From: Patescibacteria group bacterium
GTDB lineage: Bacteria > Patescibacteriota > Microgenomatia > Levybacterales > GWA1-39-11
DNA: 64,000 bases
Direction of reading: 5' to 3'
Assembly (NCBI GenBank): GCA_035549315.1
Contig: DASZRC010000026.1
Span: 988 to 64,987, forward strand
The notes under the pieces are model-generated. The model did not search any database. It saw only the letters and a list, made by a program, of their open reading frames with translations, and was not told the DNA's origin. The translations under genes and the position numbers were made by a program. Positions 38,896-49,471 of this stretch are shown piece by piece. The stretch's first letter is position 1, and every line of letters begins with the position of its first letter.

Positions 38896-40530
38896 ATGTT
38901 TAAAGATAATGCAACCTTAACCAAGATATTTTTATTTTTTGTTATTGGTCTTCTTTTTCTATACCCATTGTTTACAAACAAATTTTATTTATCACACGAC
39001 GGTCAAGCTCAGGTCGCAAGATTTGGAGCTTATCTAAAAGCCTTTAATGACGGAGATATACCACTTAGATGGGCAGGTGACCTTAATTACAGGTATGGAT
39101 CGCCGGTTCTTATATTCTATTACCCATTACCCGGAATATTGTCTATTCCGCTTTATGAATTAGGAGCAACCTTTGAGTCTGCTTTTAAAATCATTGTTGG
39201 ATTTTCCTTTATTCTGTCGTTTATTTCTTTCTACTTGTGGATGGTTGAGCTTACAAAAAATAAAGATTCATCATTTCTAGCAAGTATTGTATATGGGTTA
39301 CTTCCCTATCACTTCTTAAACCTATATGTACGTGGTGATATTGCAGAGAGTCTAGCCTTGGCAATTGCCCCTTTAGTATTCTATTCAATAGAAAAACTCA
39401 ACAATACTAAAGAAATCAAATACGCGATTTATTTAAGCGTTTTATACTCTTTGTTAATTCTTTCTCACAACTCGGTAAGCCTATTGATGTCACCCATAAT
39501 ACTTATTTATTCTTTAATTAGAGCCGGGAGTAAAAAAATTTCTATTATTAGTATAGCCTCAATAATAATTGGTTTATTTCTTTCTTCTTTTTTTTGGTTG
39601 CCGGCTCTTCTAGAGGCAAAATATACAAATTCCCATCTATTTGTTGCCGATATGTATAAAAATAATTTCCCAAGTTTTGTTTCCTTAATTTATTCAAAAT
39701 GGGGATTTGGTGCAAGTGTTAATGACCAAGGAGGCTTATCGCCCCAAATTGGAATTGTCCCTTGGATATTTGTTCTAATGACCGGATTATTAATAGCTTT
39801 TAAAAAAATAAAACTAATGAATATTTTAATTTTTTGGATGATTATATTTATAGTCTGTGTATTTCTAACAATTAAACCTTCTATTTTTTTCTGGCAGCAT
39901 TTACCCTTATTATCTCTATTGCAGTTCCCATGGAGATTTGTAGGCATTGCTTCATTTGCTGCTGCTGCAATTGTGGGAATTTTTTCTCCTTATCTTAATA
40001 AAGACAAAATATATTTGCTTTCTGCTCTTATAATTATCTATTCATTTACATTTATTAAAATCCAGGGTATTAATCCTAAATCAAATCAATTTTACTTAAA
40101 CTATCCCGGAACTACTTATTACCATGGGCAAGCAAGCTCTATTTGGACAGCCGGAGACTTTGGTAGTTTTCCCAAAAAAAGTATAGATATTATTGGTGGG
40201 AAGGGGAAAATAGCCGACCTAACTAGAAAAAACAGCACTCATACATTTAGCGTAGATGCAGATACGGAGCTCAAGATATTAGACAATACGGTTTATTTTC
40301 CAGGTTGGCAGGTGTTGATTGATGGAGTAAAAAACCCTATAGAGTTTCAGGATATGTACCATAGGGGGCTAATTACATTTAATGTTCCAAAGGGTAAGCA
40401 TTCTGTAATTGTAAATTTCAAGGAATCACCGATGAGATTGCTTTCAGATATTATATCTTTATTTGGAATACTGGTTATAATTATGTTATTGATGTTTAAT
40501 GAAAAGATAGATAGGTTCTTGTCTAAATGA
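38896..40530 (+). CDS. polytopic membrane protein, PTPS-related-domain-like family (paralog)
   Basis: SHDGQAQVARFGAYLKAFNDGDIPLRWAGDLNYRYGSPVLIFYYP, YVRGDIAES, LSHN, YFPGWQVLIDG...GKHSVIVNF. The track ORF start at 38845 overlaps the previous gene, so Met18 (38896) is preferred. Confidence 0.5.
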   Translation: MFKDNATLTKIFLFFVIGLLFLYPLFTNKFYLSHDGQAQVARFGAYLKAFNDGDIPLRWAGDLNYRYGSPVLIFYYPLPGILSIPLYELGATFESAFKIIVGFSFILSFISFYLWMVELTKNKDSSFLASIVYGLLPYHFLNLYVRGDIAESLALAIAPLVFYSIEKLNNTKEIKYAIYLSVLYSLLILSHNSVSLLMSPIILIYSLIRAGSKKISIISIASIIIGLFLSSFFWLPALLEAKYTNSHLFVADMYKNNFPSFVSLIYSKWGFGASVNDQGGLSPQIGIVPWIFVLMTGLLIAFKKIKLMNILIFWMIIFIVCVFLTIKPSIFFWQHLPLLSLLQFPWRFVGIASFAAAAIVGIFSPYLNKDKIYLLSALIIIYSFTFIKIQGINPKSNQFYLNYPGTTYYHGQASSIWTAGDFGSFPKKSIDIIGGKGKIADLTRKNSTHTFSVDADTELKILDNTVYFPGWQVLIDGVKNPIEFQDMYHRGLITFNVPKGKHSVIVNFKESPMRLLSDIISLFGILVIIMLLMFNEKIDRFLSK

Positions 40531-42188
40531 AAAACGCTAAATTAATTCTTGGTATTATCATCGCTCTTGGTTTTATTCTTAGATTTTATTCATTGGGTAG
40601 TGTCCCTGTTTCATTGCATAGAGACGAGGCATTTTTAGGTTACAATGCCTATTCAATACTTAAAACGGGTAAAGATATAAGTGGTCATACGTTGCCCCTT
40701 CATTTGGAATCATTCTTTTTTAGTCCTGCTGGATATTCATACTTGTCAATCCCTTTTATTGCAATTTTTGGTCTAAATCAATTTTCTATTAGGTTTGCTT
40801 CTGCTTTGTTTGGCGTGCTAACAATACCTGTTATTTATCTTCTTGTAATTAGTTTGTTTGAGAAAAATAAAAGCAAGAAAAATATTGGACTTATTTCAGC
40901 CTTTGTATTTGCAATTTCTCCGTGGAGTATAAATCTTAGCAGGCTTTCGGTAGAGAGTAGTGCGGTACTTTTTTTCGTGACACTTGGAACACTCCTATAT
41001 ATGAGGTACGTTAGGGATAGTAAGGTATATTTTTTACTATTATCTTTCTTATCATTCTTAATAACCATTTTTACTTATCAAGCTCCCAGGGCATTTTTAC
41101 CTTTATTTATACCCCTTTTGTTTATATTGTTTAGAAATGGAAAGGTGTTCGAAAGAAAATTACCATGGATCCTGTATGTTTTATTTGTAATTCTACCGGT
41201 ACTATTTGTTGTTACGTCTCCGGATCTTTCTTGGAGAATTCAGAGTCTGAGCATTTTTAATAATCCGGGCACAAAAATTGCTGTTGATCAACAACTTATT
41301 AATGATACTGTTGAAGGAATTCCCTATGTTCTGGCCCGTACGGTACACAATAAACCAGTTGGATACGTTCTATTATTTATAAGTAATTTTTTTAAGCACC
41401 TATCTTTTGATTTTCTTTTTTCAGACGGTGGATATCCTGATAGATTTAGAATTCCGGGAACCGGCCTATTACACTTATTTGAACTTCCGTTTATTTTAAT
41501 TGGTATTTATTATTTACTCAGAAGGGAATCAAAGATAATGATCTTTATTGTCGGTTGGATTATAGCAGGTATTATAGGTACGGCAATTACTTTTGATGAT
41601 ATACCAAATCTGCAGAGGACATTAATTGTTCTTCCTGCATTTTCTATTATGAGCGGCTACGGAATTTATGCAGCTTACGAGTTTATATTCAAATCAAAGG
41701 GTAGTAGGAAATTATTTATTGCCATTACTTCACTCATAATTATAGTAAGTATTTCATATTATATTATGCAATATTACACACAGGGTAAATTATATAGAAC
41801 ATGGTATAGGCAAGATGGGTATCAAGAATTGGTTACAGACGTAAATAAGCTTCTTCCAAATTACAAATACGCTGAAGTGACAAGCAAGGAAAGCGCCCCA
41901 ACTATACTTTTTCTTTTTTATTCAAAATATGATCCGGCTGTTTTCCAGAAAGAAACAGAAAAAGTTGATATGAAAGAATCAGACCATGTTAATTTTTCTA
42001 AATATAGATTTTCAGTAGAGGATTGTCCTTTGAGAGTTGATGAGAAAGAGCCAAATAAACTAACAGGAATAAAGGGTATTCTATATGTTAACAGTAATCT
42101 TTGTAAAGATCCCGATGGCACAAAGCTTATTAAAACAATTAAAAGAGTAGATGGGTCTGACGTTTTTAAACTCCTCGAGGTTAAATAG
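40527..42188 (+). CDS. GT-C glycosyltransferase, PMT_2/GT39-like
   Basis: LHRDEAFLGYNAYSIL is the DE-loop motif. RFASALFGVLT resembles the PMT_2 block. Confidence 0.55.
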   Translation: MKNAKLILGIIIALGFILRFYSLGSVPVSLHRDEAFLGYNAYSILKTGKDISGHTLPLHLESFFFSPAGYSYLSIPFIAIFGLNQFSIRFASALFGVLTIPVIYLLVISLFEKNKSKKNIGLISAFVFAISPWSINLSRLSVESSAVLFFVTLGTLLYMRYVRDSKVYFLLLSFLSFLITIFTYQAPRAFLPLFIPLLFILFRNGKVFERKLPWILYVLFVILPVLFVVTSPDLSWRIQSLSIFNNPGTKIAVDQQLINDTVEGIPYVLARTVHNKPVGYVLLFISNFFKHLSFDFLFSDGGYPDRFRIPGTGLLHLFELPFILIGIYYLLRRESKIMIFIVGWIIAGIIGTAITFDDIPNLQRTLIVLPAFSIMSGYGIYAAYEFIFKSKGSRKLFIAITSLIIIVSISYYIMQYYTQGKLYRTWYRQDGYQELVTDVNKLLPNYKYAEVTSKESAPTILFLFYSKYDPAVFQKETEKVDMKESDHVNFSKYRFSVEDCPLRVDEKEPNKLTGIKGILYVNSNLCKDPDGTKLIKTIKRVDGSDVFKLLEVK

Positions 42189-42274
42189 ATATGATTCAAA
42201 AAAACACAACTTTAGCTCACCGGAGTAATTTTGAATTAAATTTTAATATGTATTTATCGTTATAAAGATAAATT

Positions 42275-44227
42275 ATGTTGGTTATCTATATTTTACTTTT
42301 TTTGCTTTCAATTATTACCCTGCTGTATTTACCCGGAAAATTTATTGTCAATAAATTGGGGCTAAAATTATCGTTTCTTGAAGATGTATTCATTTCTACT
42401 GTAGTAGGGATACTTTCGTTTACCATTTTATCAATGCTTTTTTCGCTAATAAAGCTTGAAATTGTCTTACTATCTATTTTGTTATTAGTTGACGTACTGA
42501 CAATAAAAACTGAATTTTGGAAGAAATATAAATTTGAGAAAAAAGACCTTGCGCCCTTGGTAGTGATAACAATACTTTCCATAATTTTTAGTATCCCAAT
42601 GATTACTAGCGGTTACTTTGGAAATTCACTAAGATTAGTTGGTGTTAATAATATAGATGGGATTTGGTATCTAGCACAAATTACAGAATTAAAAAATAAT
42701 TTTCCTCCCCAGCACCCGGGGTTTGCCGGTTATCCTTTGACTGGATACCATTTCTTATATTTTTTCTTACTCGCAAAAATTAGCAATATTTTTGGAATAC
42801 CCTCAGTCACTTTACTATTTAGCTTTGGATCGGTTTTAACCGCAGTAATGTGGGGACTAGGAGTATATTGTTTAATACTTAAATGGAGCAAGGACAGAAT
42901 AAATGCATTAATTGCAGTATTTCTGACGATGTTTGGTGGAAGCTTTGTTTTTATTTCATGGTTGCAAGGGCATAGAGCTTTGGATTTGGACAGCGGGTAT
43001 GGAATTTTGCAACCACCATTGTCCCTTCTTAACCCTCCATTTGCTATATCTGTAGTTTTTCTTACAGCTTTTCTTATAAGTTCCTATGAGTATTTTAAAT
43101 CAAATAATAAGTCTTGGATTTTTCCGCTAGTTTTAATTGCGGGCGCTGTTTCCCTTTTTAAGGTATATGCTGGAATTATTATTTTGGGTGGATTCTTGTT
43201 TATCGTGTTAGTTAATTTATTGCAAAAGAAATTCTACATAATATATGGATTAATTGGGGTTATTCTACTTTTCTTTGCCACTTATTGGCCGTTTACAGAC
43301 AAAACTGCTCACTTAATTTTCTATCCTCTTTGGGCTCCGCATAGTGTTTTGAAAGATAACATGCCTTGGTATGGATATACGGAGAAATTTTATACTTATT
43401 CACGCGAACACGTCATTAAGGGATTAATAACAATTGAATCTTACGCATTATTTATTTTCCTAATAGGAAATATAGGAAGTAGAATTATTGGTTTAGTAGT
43501 TTTACCCTTTATATATTTCAAAAAGCGCAAGCTACCCTCTCTTTTTTCTTCAATGGTTTTCTTGATGTTATTGGGATCAATTCTTACTACCCTATTTTTT
43601 ATTCAAACAGGTAAGGTATTTGAGACAATACAATTCTCTTGGTATTTTCTTTTTTTAATATCCCTTTTTTCTTCTTTTGGATTGGCATTTATATTGGAAT
43701 TAAAATATCCTAAGTTTTTAAAATATGTTTTTATAATATTATTTTTAATAATAACTTTACCTTCAGCTGTTTCTTCTATCTTAAAATATACATCTCCAAC
43801 TGGTGGTTTTATTGACCCGGCCTTTTATAGTGCATCAATATATTTAAAGAATCATGGTAGCTATAACCAGACTGTTCTTACAGTACCAAATGGAGTAGGT
43901 AGCACCTCTGCTGCCCTAAATAAATGGTATATTTCAACTAATCCAATAGTTCCTGCAATTATGAACAAAAGAAGCTTTCTAAGTTTTGAGTATTTCTATT
44001 TTAATGGTTTAAATACAAATGAAAGGCTAAATTTAATAAAATTGATTATTAATACTGAAAGTAGTGGATCAAAGGATAAGTCTTCAATAGAAGATATTAA
44101 AAAGGCATTGAAAAAGTATGATATTGTTTATATATATAGTATGAAACCGCTAAAATTTGCACAAAAAACTGATAATATAAAAGCAGTTTATAATAGATCA
44201 GGGCAGTACATTTATGAAGTTAATTAA
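42275..44227 (+). CDS. polytopic membrane protein of unknown family (possible GT-C)
   Basis: More than 12 predicted TM segments. No soluble catalytic motif was recognised. Confidence 0.35.
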   Translation: MLVIYILLFLLSIITLLYLPGKFIVNKLGLKLSFLEDVFISTVVGILSFTILSMLFSLIKLEIVLLSILLLVDVLTIKTEFWKKYKFEKKDLAPLVVITILSIIFSIPMITSGYFGNSLRLVGVNNIDGIWYLAQITELKNNFPPQHPGFAGYPLTGYHFLYFFLLAKISNIFGIPSVTLLFSFGSVLTAVMWGLGVYCLILKWSKDRINALIAVFLTMFGGSFVFISWLQGHRALDLDSGYGILQPPLSLLNPPFAISVVFLTAFLISSYEYFKSNNKSWIFPLVLIAGAVSLFKVYAGIIILGGFLFIVLVNLLQKKFYIIYGLIGVILLFFATYWPFTDKTAHLIFYPLWAPHSVLKDNMPWYGYTEKFYTYSREHVIKGLITIESYALFIFLIGNIGSRIIGLVVLPFIYFKKRKLPSLFSSMVFLMLLGSILTTLFFIQTGKVFETIQFSWYFLFLISLFSSFGLAFILELKYPKFLKYVFIILFLIITLPSAVSSILKYTSPTGGFIDPAFYSASIYLKNHGSYNQTVLTVPNGVGSTSAALNKWYISTNPIVPAIMNKRSFLSFEYFYFNGLNTNERLNLIKLIINTESSGSKDKSSIEDIKKALKKYDIVYIYSMKPLKFAQKTDNIKAVYNRSGQYIYEVN

Positions 44228-45872
44228 GCACAAATATTTTTTATTGGTAGTTATTTTTTTGATTGCTGCATTTTTAAGGCTTTACCAATTGGGAGTAAAT
44301 CCTCCATCTCTTACTTGGGATGAGGTTGCTTGGGGATACAATGCATATTCACTTGGAATTGATGGTCACGATGAATTTGGAAGATTCTTGCCTCACGATT
44401 ATCTAGAATCATTTGGGGACTTTAAACCTCCGGTTTATGCATATTTAGACATAATTCCCGTTAGGCTTTTTGGTCTTAATGCTTTTGCTACCCGTCTTCC
44501 ATCAGCAATCTTTGGTATTTTAACGGTGTTAATGTCCTACTTCCTAGTTAAAGAGATATTCCATAAGGATAAATCAGAAGGAGAGGCAATTGCATTAATT
44601 ACATCATTTTTGCTTGCAATTAGCCCTTGGCATATTATGCTTTCCAGAGCTGCTTTTGAGGCGAACGTTTCGACATTCTTTATTGTAACCGGTGTTTGGG
44701 CGTTTCTTGCATCAGTACAGGGTAAGAGATGGCTCTTAATACTATCCGCAGTATCTTTTGTTCTTTCGATGTATACCTTTAATACTGCAAGAATTGTTAG
44801 TCCGCTTCTCGTATTGATACTTGCCTTCGCATTTAGGAAAAAGTTATTAGATCAAAAAAAGGTTACGATTTCCGCTTTTGTTGTGGGTTTATTACTCATA
44901 TTGCCTACCGTCCAGTTTTTATTATCTCCTCAGGCCGGATTAAGATTTAAGGAGGTAAATATATTCTCAGATGTGAGCGTTGTAGAACGTGCAAACCAGG
45001 AAATTCTAAATAGCAAGAATAGCATATTGTCAAAAGTAGTTGATAATAGGCGCGTTTTATACGCAATTGAATATGTTAAGCACTATTTTGATAACCTAAG
45101 TCCAAGATTTTTGTTTATAAGTGGGGACGGAAATCCTAAGTTTTCTACACAAAATGTAGGGCAGATGTATATTTGGGAGGTAGTCTTCTTTATTTCCGGA
45201 ATCCTCTTTCTTATTAGAAAAAAACAAGGCAATTGGTGGCTTGTTCCTGTATGGCTTTTGGTTGGAATAATACCGGCTGCGACGGCTCGCGAAACTCCTC
45301 ATGCATTAAGGATTGAAACGACATTACCAACGTTTCAGATACTTGTTGCATATGGTTTATTCTGGATAGGCAAATATGTATTTGAATTAAAAAACAAGGT
45401 TATCGGTATAAAGTTATCTAGAGTAATTGGTGTAGCCTTTGTTTTAGTTATCTTTGCAAATTTCTTTTATTTTTGGCGTGATTATACGGTCAATTATAAA
45501 TATGACTATTCCGGCGAATGGCAGTATGGATATGAAGATTCTATAAATTATGTTAATTCAGTCAAGGAGAAATATGATTACGTTCAGGTAACTAACGCCT
45601 TGGGAAGACCATATATTTATTATCTCTTCTTTACTAAGACAAATCCCGGTGATTTTAGAAAAGAGGCAAAAATAACTCGCGATCCATTTGGTTTTGTAGA
45701 CGTAGAAGGTTTTGGGAAATATAAGTTTCCAAATAGTTTTGAAATATCAAAGGATAAAAATAAGAAAGTTCTTTACATTGCTACACCTTATAAATTGCCT
45801 GAAAATGCTAGAATCTTAAAGACATTTTGTCTTTTAGATGGTAAGCCCGTTTTAGTGGCGTATGAAATATAG
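44214..45872 (+). CDS. GT-C glycosyltransferase, PMT_2/GT39-like
   Basis: TWDEVAWGYNAYSL, FKPPVYAYL (HPPL-like), and RLPSAIFGILTV. It is a paralog of 46263. Confidence 0.65.
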   Translation: MKLIKHKYFLLVVIFLIAAFLRLYQLGVNPPSLTWDEVAWGYNAYSLGIDGHDEFGRFLPHDYLESFGDFKPPVYAYLDIIPVRLFGLNAFATRLPSAIFGILTVLMSYFLVKEIFHKDKSEGEAIALITSFLLAISPWHIMLSRAAFEANVSTFFIVTGVWAFLASVQGKRWLLILSAVSFVLSMYTFNTARIVSPLLVLILAFAFRKKLLDQKKVTISAFVVGLLLILPTVQFLLSPQAGLRFKEVNIFSDVSVVERANQEILNSKNSILSKVVDNRRVLYAIEYVKHYFDNLSPRFLFISGDGNPKFSTQNVGQMYIWEVVFFISGILFLIRKKQGNWWLVPVWLLVGIIPAATARETPHALRIETTLPTFQILVAYGLFWIGKYVFELKNKVIGIKLSRVIGVAFVLVIFANFFYFWRDYTVNYKYDYSGEWQYGYEDSINYVNSVKEKYDYVQVTNALGRPYIYYLFFTKTNPGDFRKEAKITRDPFGFVDVEGFGKYKFPNSFEISKDKNKKVLYIATPYKLPENARILKTFCLLDGKPVLVAYEI

Positions 45873-45883
45873 CTATCGAGTTT

Positions 45884-45913
45884 AAAGTTACTAAAGTGTA
45901 AAGTTAGTAAAGT
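45884..45913. repeat. two 14-bp direct repeats (aaagttactaaagt / aaagttagtaaagt), which also contain the inverted pair TTACTAA/TTAGTAA, abutting the four-helix-bundle start codon
   Basis: Read directly. The two units match at 13 of 14 positions and are separated by 2 nt. Confidence 0.5.
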
Positions 45914-46258
45914 ATGGTTATAAAATCTTTTGAAGATATTGTTTCATGGCAAAAATCAAAAGTATTTGTAGTAGATATATATAAAGCATTTAAAAATTGC
46001 AGAGATTTTGGCTTTAAAGATCAGATCTGTAGGGCTTCGATCTCCATTATGAATAATATTGCTGAGGGATTTGAGAGAAGCGGAAATAAAGAATTTAGAA
46101 ATTTTTTGTTTATTTCTAAAGGTTCGTGTGGGGAGGTTAGGTCAATGTTGTATGCCGCGTTCGATCTTAAATACATATCAGAAGATGAATATAAAAATTT
46201 GTATGAAAATTCAATTGTGATATCAAAACTAATATCTGGTTTAATTAAAACATTATAA
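45914..46258 (+). CDS. four helix bundle protein (TIGR02436-like; 23S rRNA IVS-type protein)
   Basis: FEDIVSWQKSKVFVVDIYKAFKN...FKDQICRASISIMNNIAEGFERSGNKEFRNFLFISKGSCGEV is a very characteristic family pattern. Confidence 0.8.
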   Translation: MVIKSFEDIVSWQKSKVFVVDIYKAFKNCRDFGFKDQICRASISIMNNIAEGFERSGNKEFRNFLFISKGSCGEVRSMLYAAFDLKYISEDEYKNLYENSIVISKLISGLIKTL

Positions 46259-46262
46259 TAGC

Positions 46263-47972
46263 ATGAACTTTAGGAACCTTATTAACTTTAAAAACTTTAC
46301 AACCATAACATTTTTAATCATTGTATTTGTTGCGGCAATTCTTAGATTGTGGCAATTAGGAAGTATTCCTCCAAGTCCTGATTGGGATGAAGCAGCGCTT
46401 GGATATGATGCTTATTCTATTGCAACAACGGGCCGCGACGAATTTGGTAAATTTTTGCCCCCTGTCCTGAGATCTTTCGATGATTATAAGCCCGCTTTGT
46501 ATGCATATCTTGCTATACCAACCGTTATGACTATTGGTCTAAATACGTTTGCAGTTAGACTTCCTTCGGCAATTGCCGGAATTATCGCAGTAGTGGCCGT
46601 TTATTTTATTGTACAAGAGTTATTGGCAGATCCTCGGGATGACTCGAAAAGAAATGAACAAAAAATAAAATATATAGGACTTGCAGCATCCGGATTACTT
46701 GCTATATCTCCATGGTCAATTCAATTCTCAAGGGTTGCTTTCGAATCAAACGTAGGAGTCCTCTTTAATATGTTGGTTGTTTTGTTTTTCCTAAAGGGAC
46801 TTAAAACGAATTGGCTTTTGTATTTATCCATTATTTTTGCAGGATTGAATATTTATGTATATCAGAGTGAAAAAGTTTATACTCCTCTCCTGTTTTTTAT
46901 TTTAGTAATTATTTACTTTAAGCAGTTGATAAAAATCCCAAAAATAAAACTTATTGGGCCGGTAATACTAGGCTTAATTGTTGTTTTTCCAATGGTCTTT
47001 AATATATTTACGGATAGCGGTTCTTTGTTAAGACTTCGGGGAACTAGTATCTTTACTTATCAAACTGAAGTTTTGGGGAACAGCGCCCAAAAATTTGAGA
47101 GGGATAAAAATAACCACGATTTAATAGGAGAGGTTCTTGATAATAGAAGACTTGTTTATGCAAAAACTATAGTAGATGGGTATCTTTCTCATTTTAATCC
47201 CAATTGGTTATTTATAACAGGAGACATCTCAAGACATCATGCTCCAAATATGGGCCTCCTTTATTTATTTGAGTTGCCGCTAATACTTAGTGGAATATAC
47301 GTATTAATATTTTCAAAATATGATAAAAAAACAAAGATTTTTATTTTTCTATGGTATCTAATAGCTGCTGTTCCGGCATCAATTACAACCGGTGTGCCAC
47401 ATGCGGTGAGAACTCTTAATTTTATTCCCCTATATCAAATATTTGGTGCAATAGGATTTATTTCCTTGTTGATGTGGGCAAATGAAAATAAATCAAAACT
47501 TGTTGGTATAAAAATAGGGAAAGTTCTAATTTTGCTGTACATTTTATTTGCCATTTTCAATGTCGCCTATTATTTAAATCAGTACTTTGTTCAACTTAAT
47601 TATTACGATTCGGCAGATTGGCAATATGGTTATAAGCAAGCGGTAGATGAAGTCAACTCAGTAGGTAGCAATTACAATAAGATTATTGTGTCAGATAAGC
47701 AGCCCTTAGATAAATCCTACATGTTTTTCCTATTTTATACTAAATATCCGGCAGCCCAGTATCAAAAAGAAGGAGGAGCCGGGTCCGGAAGCTTTGATTC
47801 TCACCACTCTTTTGGTAAATTCCAGTTTAGACCTATTAATTGGGATACGGATAGTAAGTTGCAAAAGACCTTGTTTATTGGTACACCAGATGAAATTCCC
47901 AATAATGCTTCGGTAATAAAAACCATCTATAATCTAAACGGAACACCGGCAATTAAAATAGCAGGAACATAA
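46263..47972 (+). CDS. GT-C glycosyltransferase, PMT_2/GT39-like
   Basis: DWDEAALGYDAYSI, YKPALYAYL, and RLPSAIAGIIAV. Confidence 0.65.
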   Translation: MNFRNLINFKNFTTITFLIIVFVAAILRLWQLGSIPPSPDWDEAALGYDAYSIATTGRDEFGKFLPPVLRSFDDYKPALYAYLAIPTVMTIGLNTFAVRLPSAIAGIIAVVAVYFIVQELLADPRDDSKRNEQKIKYIGLAASGLLAISPWSIQFSRVAFESNVGVLFNMLVVLFFLKGLKTNWLLYLSIIFAGLNIYVYQSEKVYTPLLFFILVIIYFKQLIKIPKIKLIGPVILGLIVVFPMVFNIFTDSGSLLRLRGTSIFTYQTEVLGNSAQKFERDKNNHDLIGEVLDNRRLVYAKTIVDGYLSHFNPNWLFITGDISRHHAPNMGLLYLFELPLILSGIYVLIFSKYDKKTKIFIFLWYLIAAVPASITTGVPHAVRTLNFIPLYQIFGAIGFISLLMWANENKSKLVGIKIGKVLILLYILFAIFNVAYYLNQYFVQLNYYDSADWQYGYKQAVDEVNSVGSNYNKIIVSDKQPLDKSYMFFLFYTKYPAAQYQKEGGAGSGSFDSHHSFGKFQFRPINWDTDSKLQKTLFIGTPDEIPNNASVIKTIYNLNGTPAIKIAGT

Positions 47973-49471
47973 TGAAAATTAAAATCTCAGATTTATTTAA
48001 GACTAATTACCTTATTTTATATGCAATTATTATTGTAGGAAGCTTTTTGAGAATTCAAGGTGTCTTAACTAACTCATTTGCCTTTACATATGATGTTGGC
48101 CGCGACATGCTTGCTTTGTGGGATATTGTATATTCTCATCATTTTCCATTGATTGGCGCGACAACGGGAATCCCGGGCGTTTTCTATGGGCCTTGGTGGT
48201 ATTACATGTTGTCACCTTTTTTCTTTATTTTTCAAGGAGATCCTCGTGGGATTGCAATTGTTATGGCCGTCTTTGGCATTTTATCAATAATCCTCTCTTA
48301 TTTTGTTGGGAAAAAAATTGGCGGTGATTTTGTTGGGCTAGCTTTTGCCGGGGTGGTTAGTGTTTCCCCAATTATGATTTCTTTGTCCTCTCAGATTTGG
48401 AATCCAAACATTGCTCCATTTCCGGTGCTTCTAATAATGTTTATTTTGGCGGATTTGTACTCTCAAAAAAAAGAAAAATTCATTTATTACTTTTGTCTTG
48501 GTGCACTATTATCGCTGATCCTAGATATAGAGTTGGTTTTTGGATCAATTTTCTTAATTGGAATGTTGGTTAGCATGCTTTTTGTAAAAAGAATAAAATT
48601 ATCTATTAAATCAATCTTTCTTTTTGTGCTTGGTTTTGTCTTGGTATTACTTCCTAGAATTGTCTTTGACCTAAGACATAATCTCCTAATGACAAATGCT
48701 TTTATAAGTTATTTTAAGAATGGGGCAGAGCCACAGTCACTAACATTTATGCAGTTGGTTATGAGCCGTCTTAATGTATTTTTTGGAGATTATTCATCTG
48801 CGCTTGGAGGCGGAAATAGAATAATAGGAGGAATAGTTTTGATATATACAGCGATTGTTCTAATTGTTTATTTTAGAAAAGCCCGTGAATTAGAAAAGAT
48901 ATTTATTAAAATTACCACAACCGTAATTGCTGTATTTGTTTTGGGAACGATCTTTTTCAGTCACGATATTTGGTCTCATTATTTGGTTGGTTTGCCTGTA
49001 TTTTACATCTTCTTGTTTGTAATGGGTACAAGTCTTGTGGCAATTAAAAAGAAAAATACAATACCACTAATAATAGTTTTGATAGTTTGCGTTATCAATT
49101 TTAATCCCGTGGCTTTTGTTTCCAATTTCAATAAGCCTTTGTGGGTGGGAGATGCATCTGTATATAGAAATCAAATCGGAGTTATTGATTATGTATATGC
49201 AAATGCAAAAGGACACGACTTTAAATATGTTGTGTATACTCCTCCTGTTCATGACTATACATATCAGTACCTTTTTAGATGGTATGGACCAAAAACATAT
49301 AAATATGCTCCATCCGATAAGTCAAAACTTGCATTCTTTATAATAGAGCCGGACCCATCAAATCCCGGCAGAATAACTGATTGGCTTAAGGCAAGAGTGG
49401 GGGATGGGAATATTATAAATACTAAGACGCTAAAGGGTGGAATAGTAGTCCAAACAAGAATAAACAAATGA
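47972..49471 (+). CDS. polytopic membrane protein (paralog of 49468..50796), unknown family
   Basis: FTYDVGRDMLALWDIVYSHHFPLIGATTGIPGVFYGPWWYY corresponds to FGYDQVDNAWAAKSIIIDHRYPLVGMVAKTNSGIYIGPAYYY in the next gene. Confidence 0.4.
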   Translation: MKIKISDLFKTNYLILYAIIIVGSFLRIQGVLTNSFAFTYDVGRDMLALWDIVYSHHFPLIGATTGIPGVFYGPWWYYMLSPFFFIFQGDPRGIAIVMAVFGILSIILSYFVGKKIGGDFVGLAFAGVVSVSPIMISLSSQIWNPNIAPFPVLLIMFILADLYSQKKEKFIYYFCLGALLSLILDIELVFGSIFLIGMLVSMLFVKRIKLSIKSIFLFVLGFVLVLLPRIVFDLRHNLLMTNAFISYFKNGAEPQSLTFMQLVMSRLNVFFGDYSSALGGGNRIIGGIVLIYTAIVLIVYFRKARELEKIFIKITTTVIAVFVLGTIFFSHDIWSHYLVGLPVFYIFLFVMGTSLVAIKKKNTIPLIIVLIVCVINFNPVAFVSNFNKPLWVGDASVYRNQIGVIDYVYANAKGHDFKYVVYTPPVHDYTYQYLFRWYGPKTYKYAPSDKSKLAFFIIEPDPSNPGRITDWLKARVGDGNIINTKTLKGGIVVQTRINK

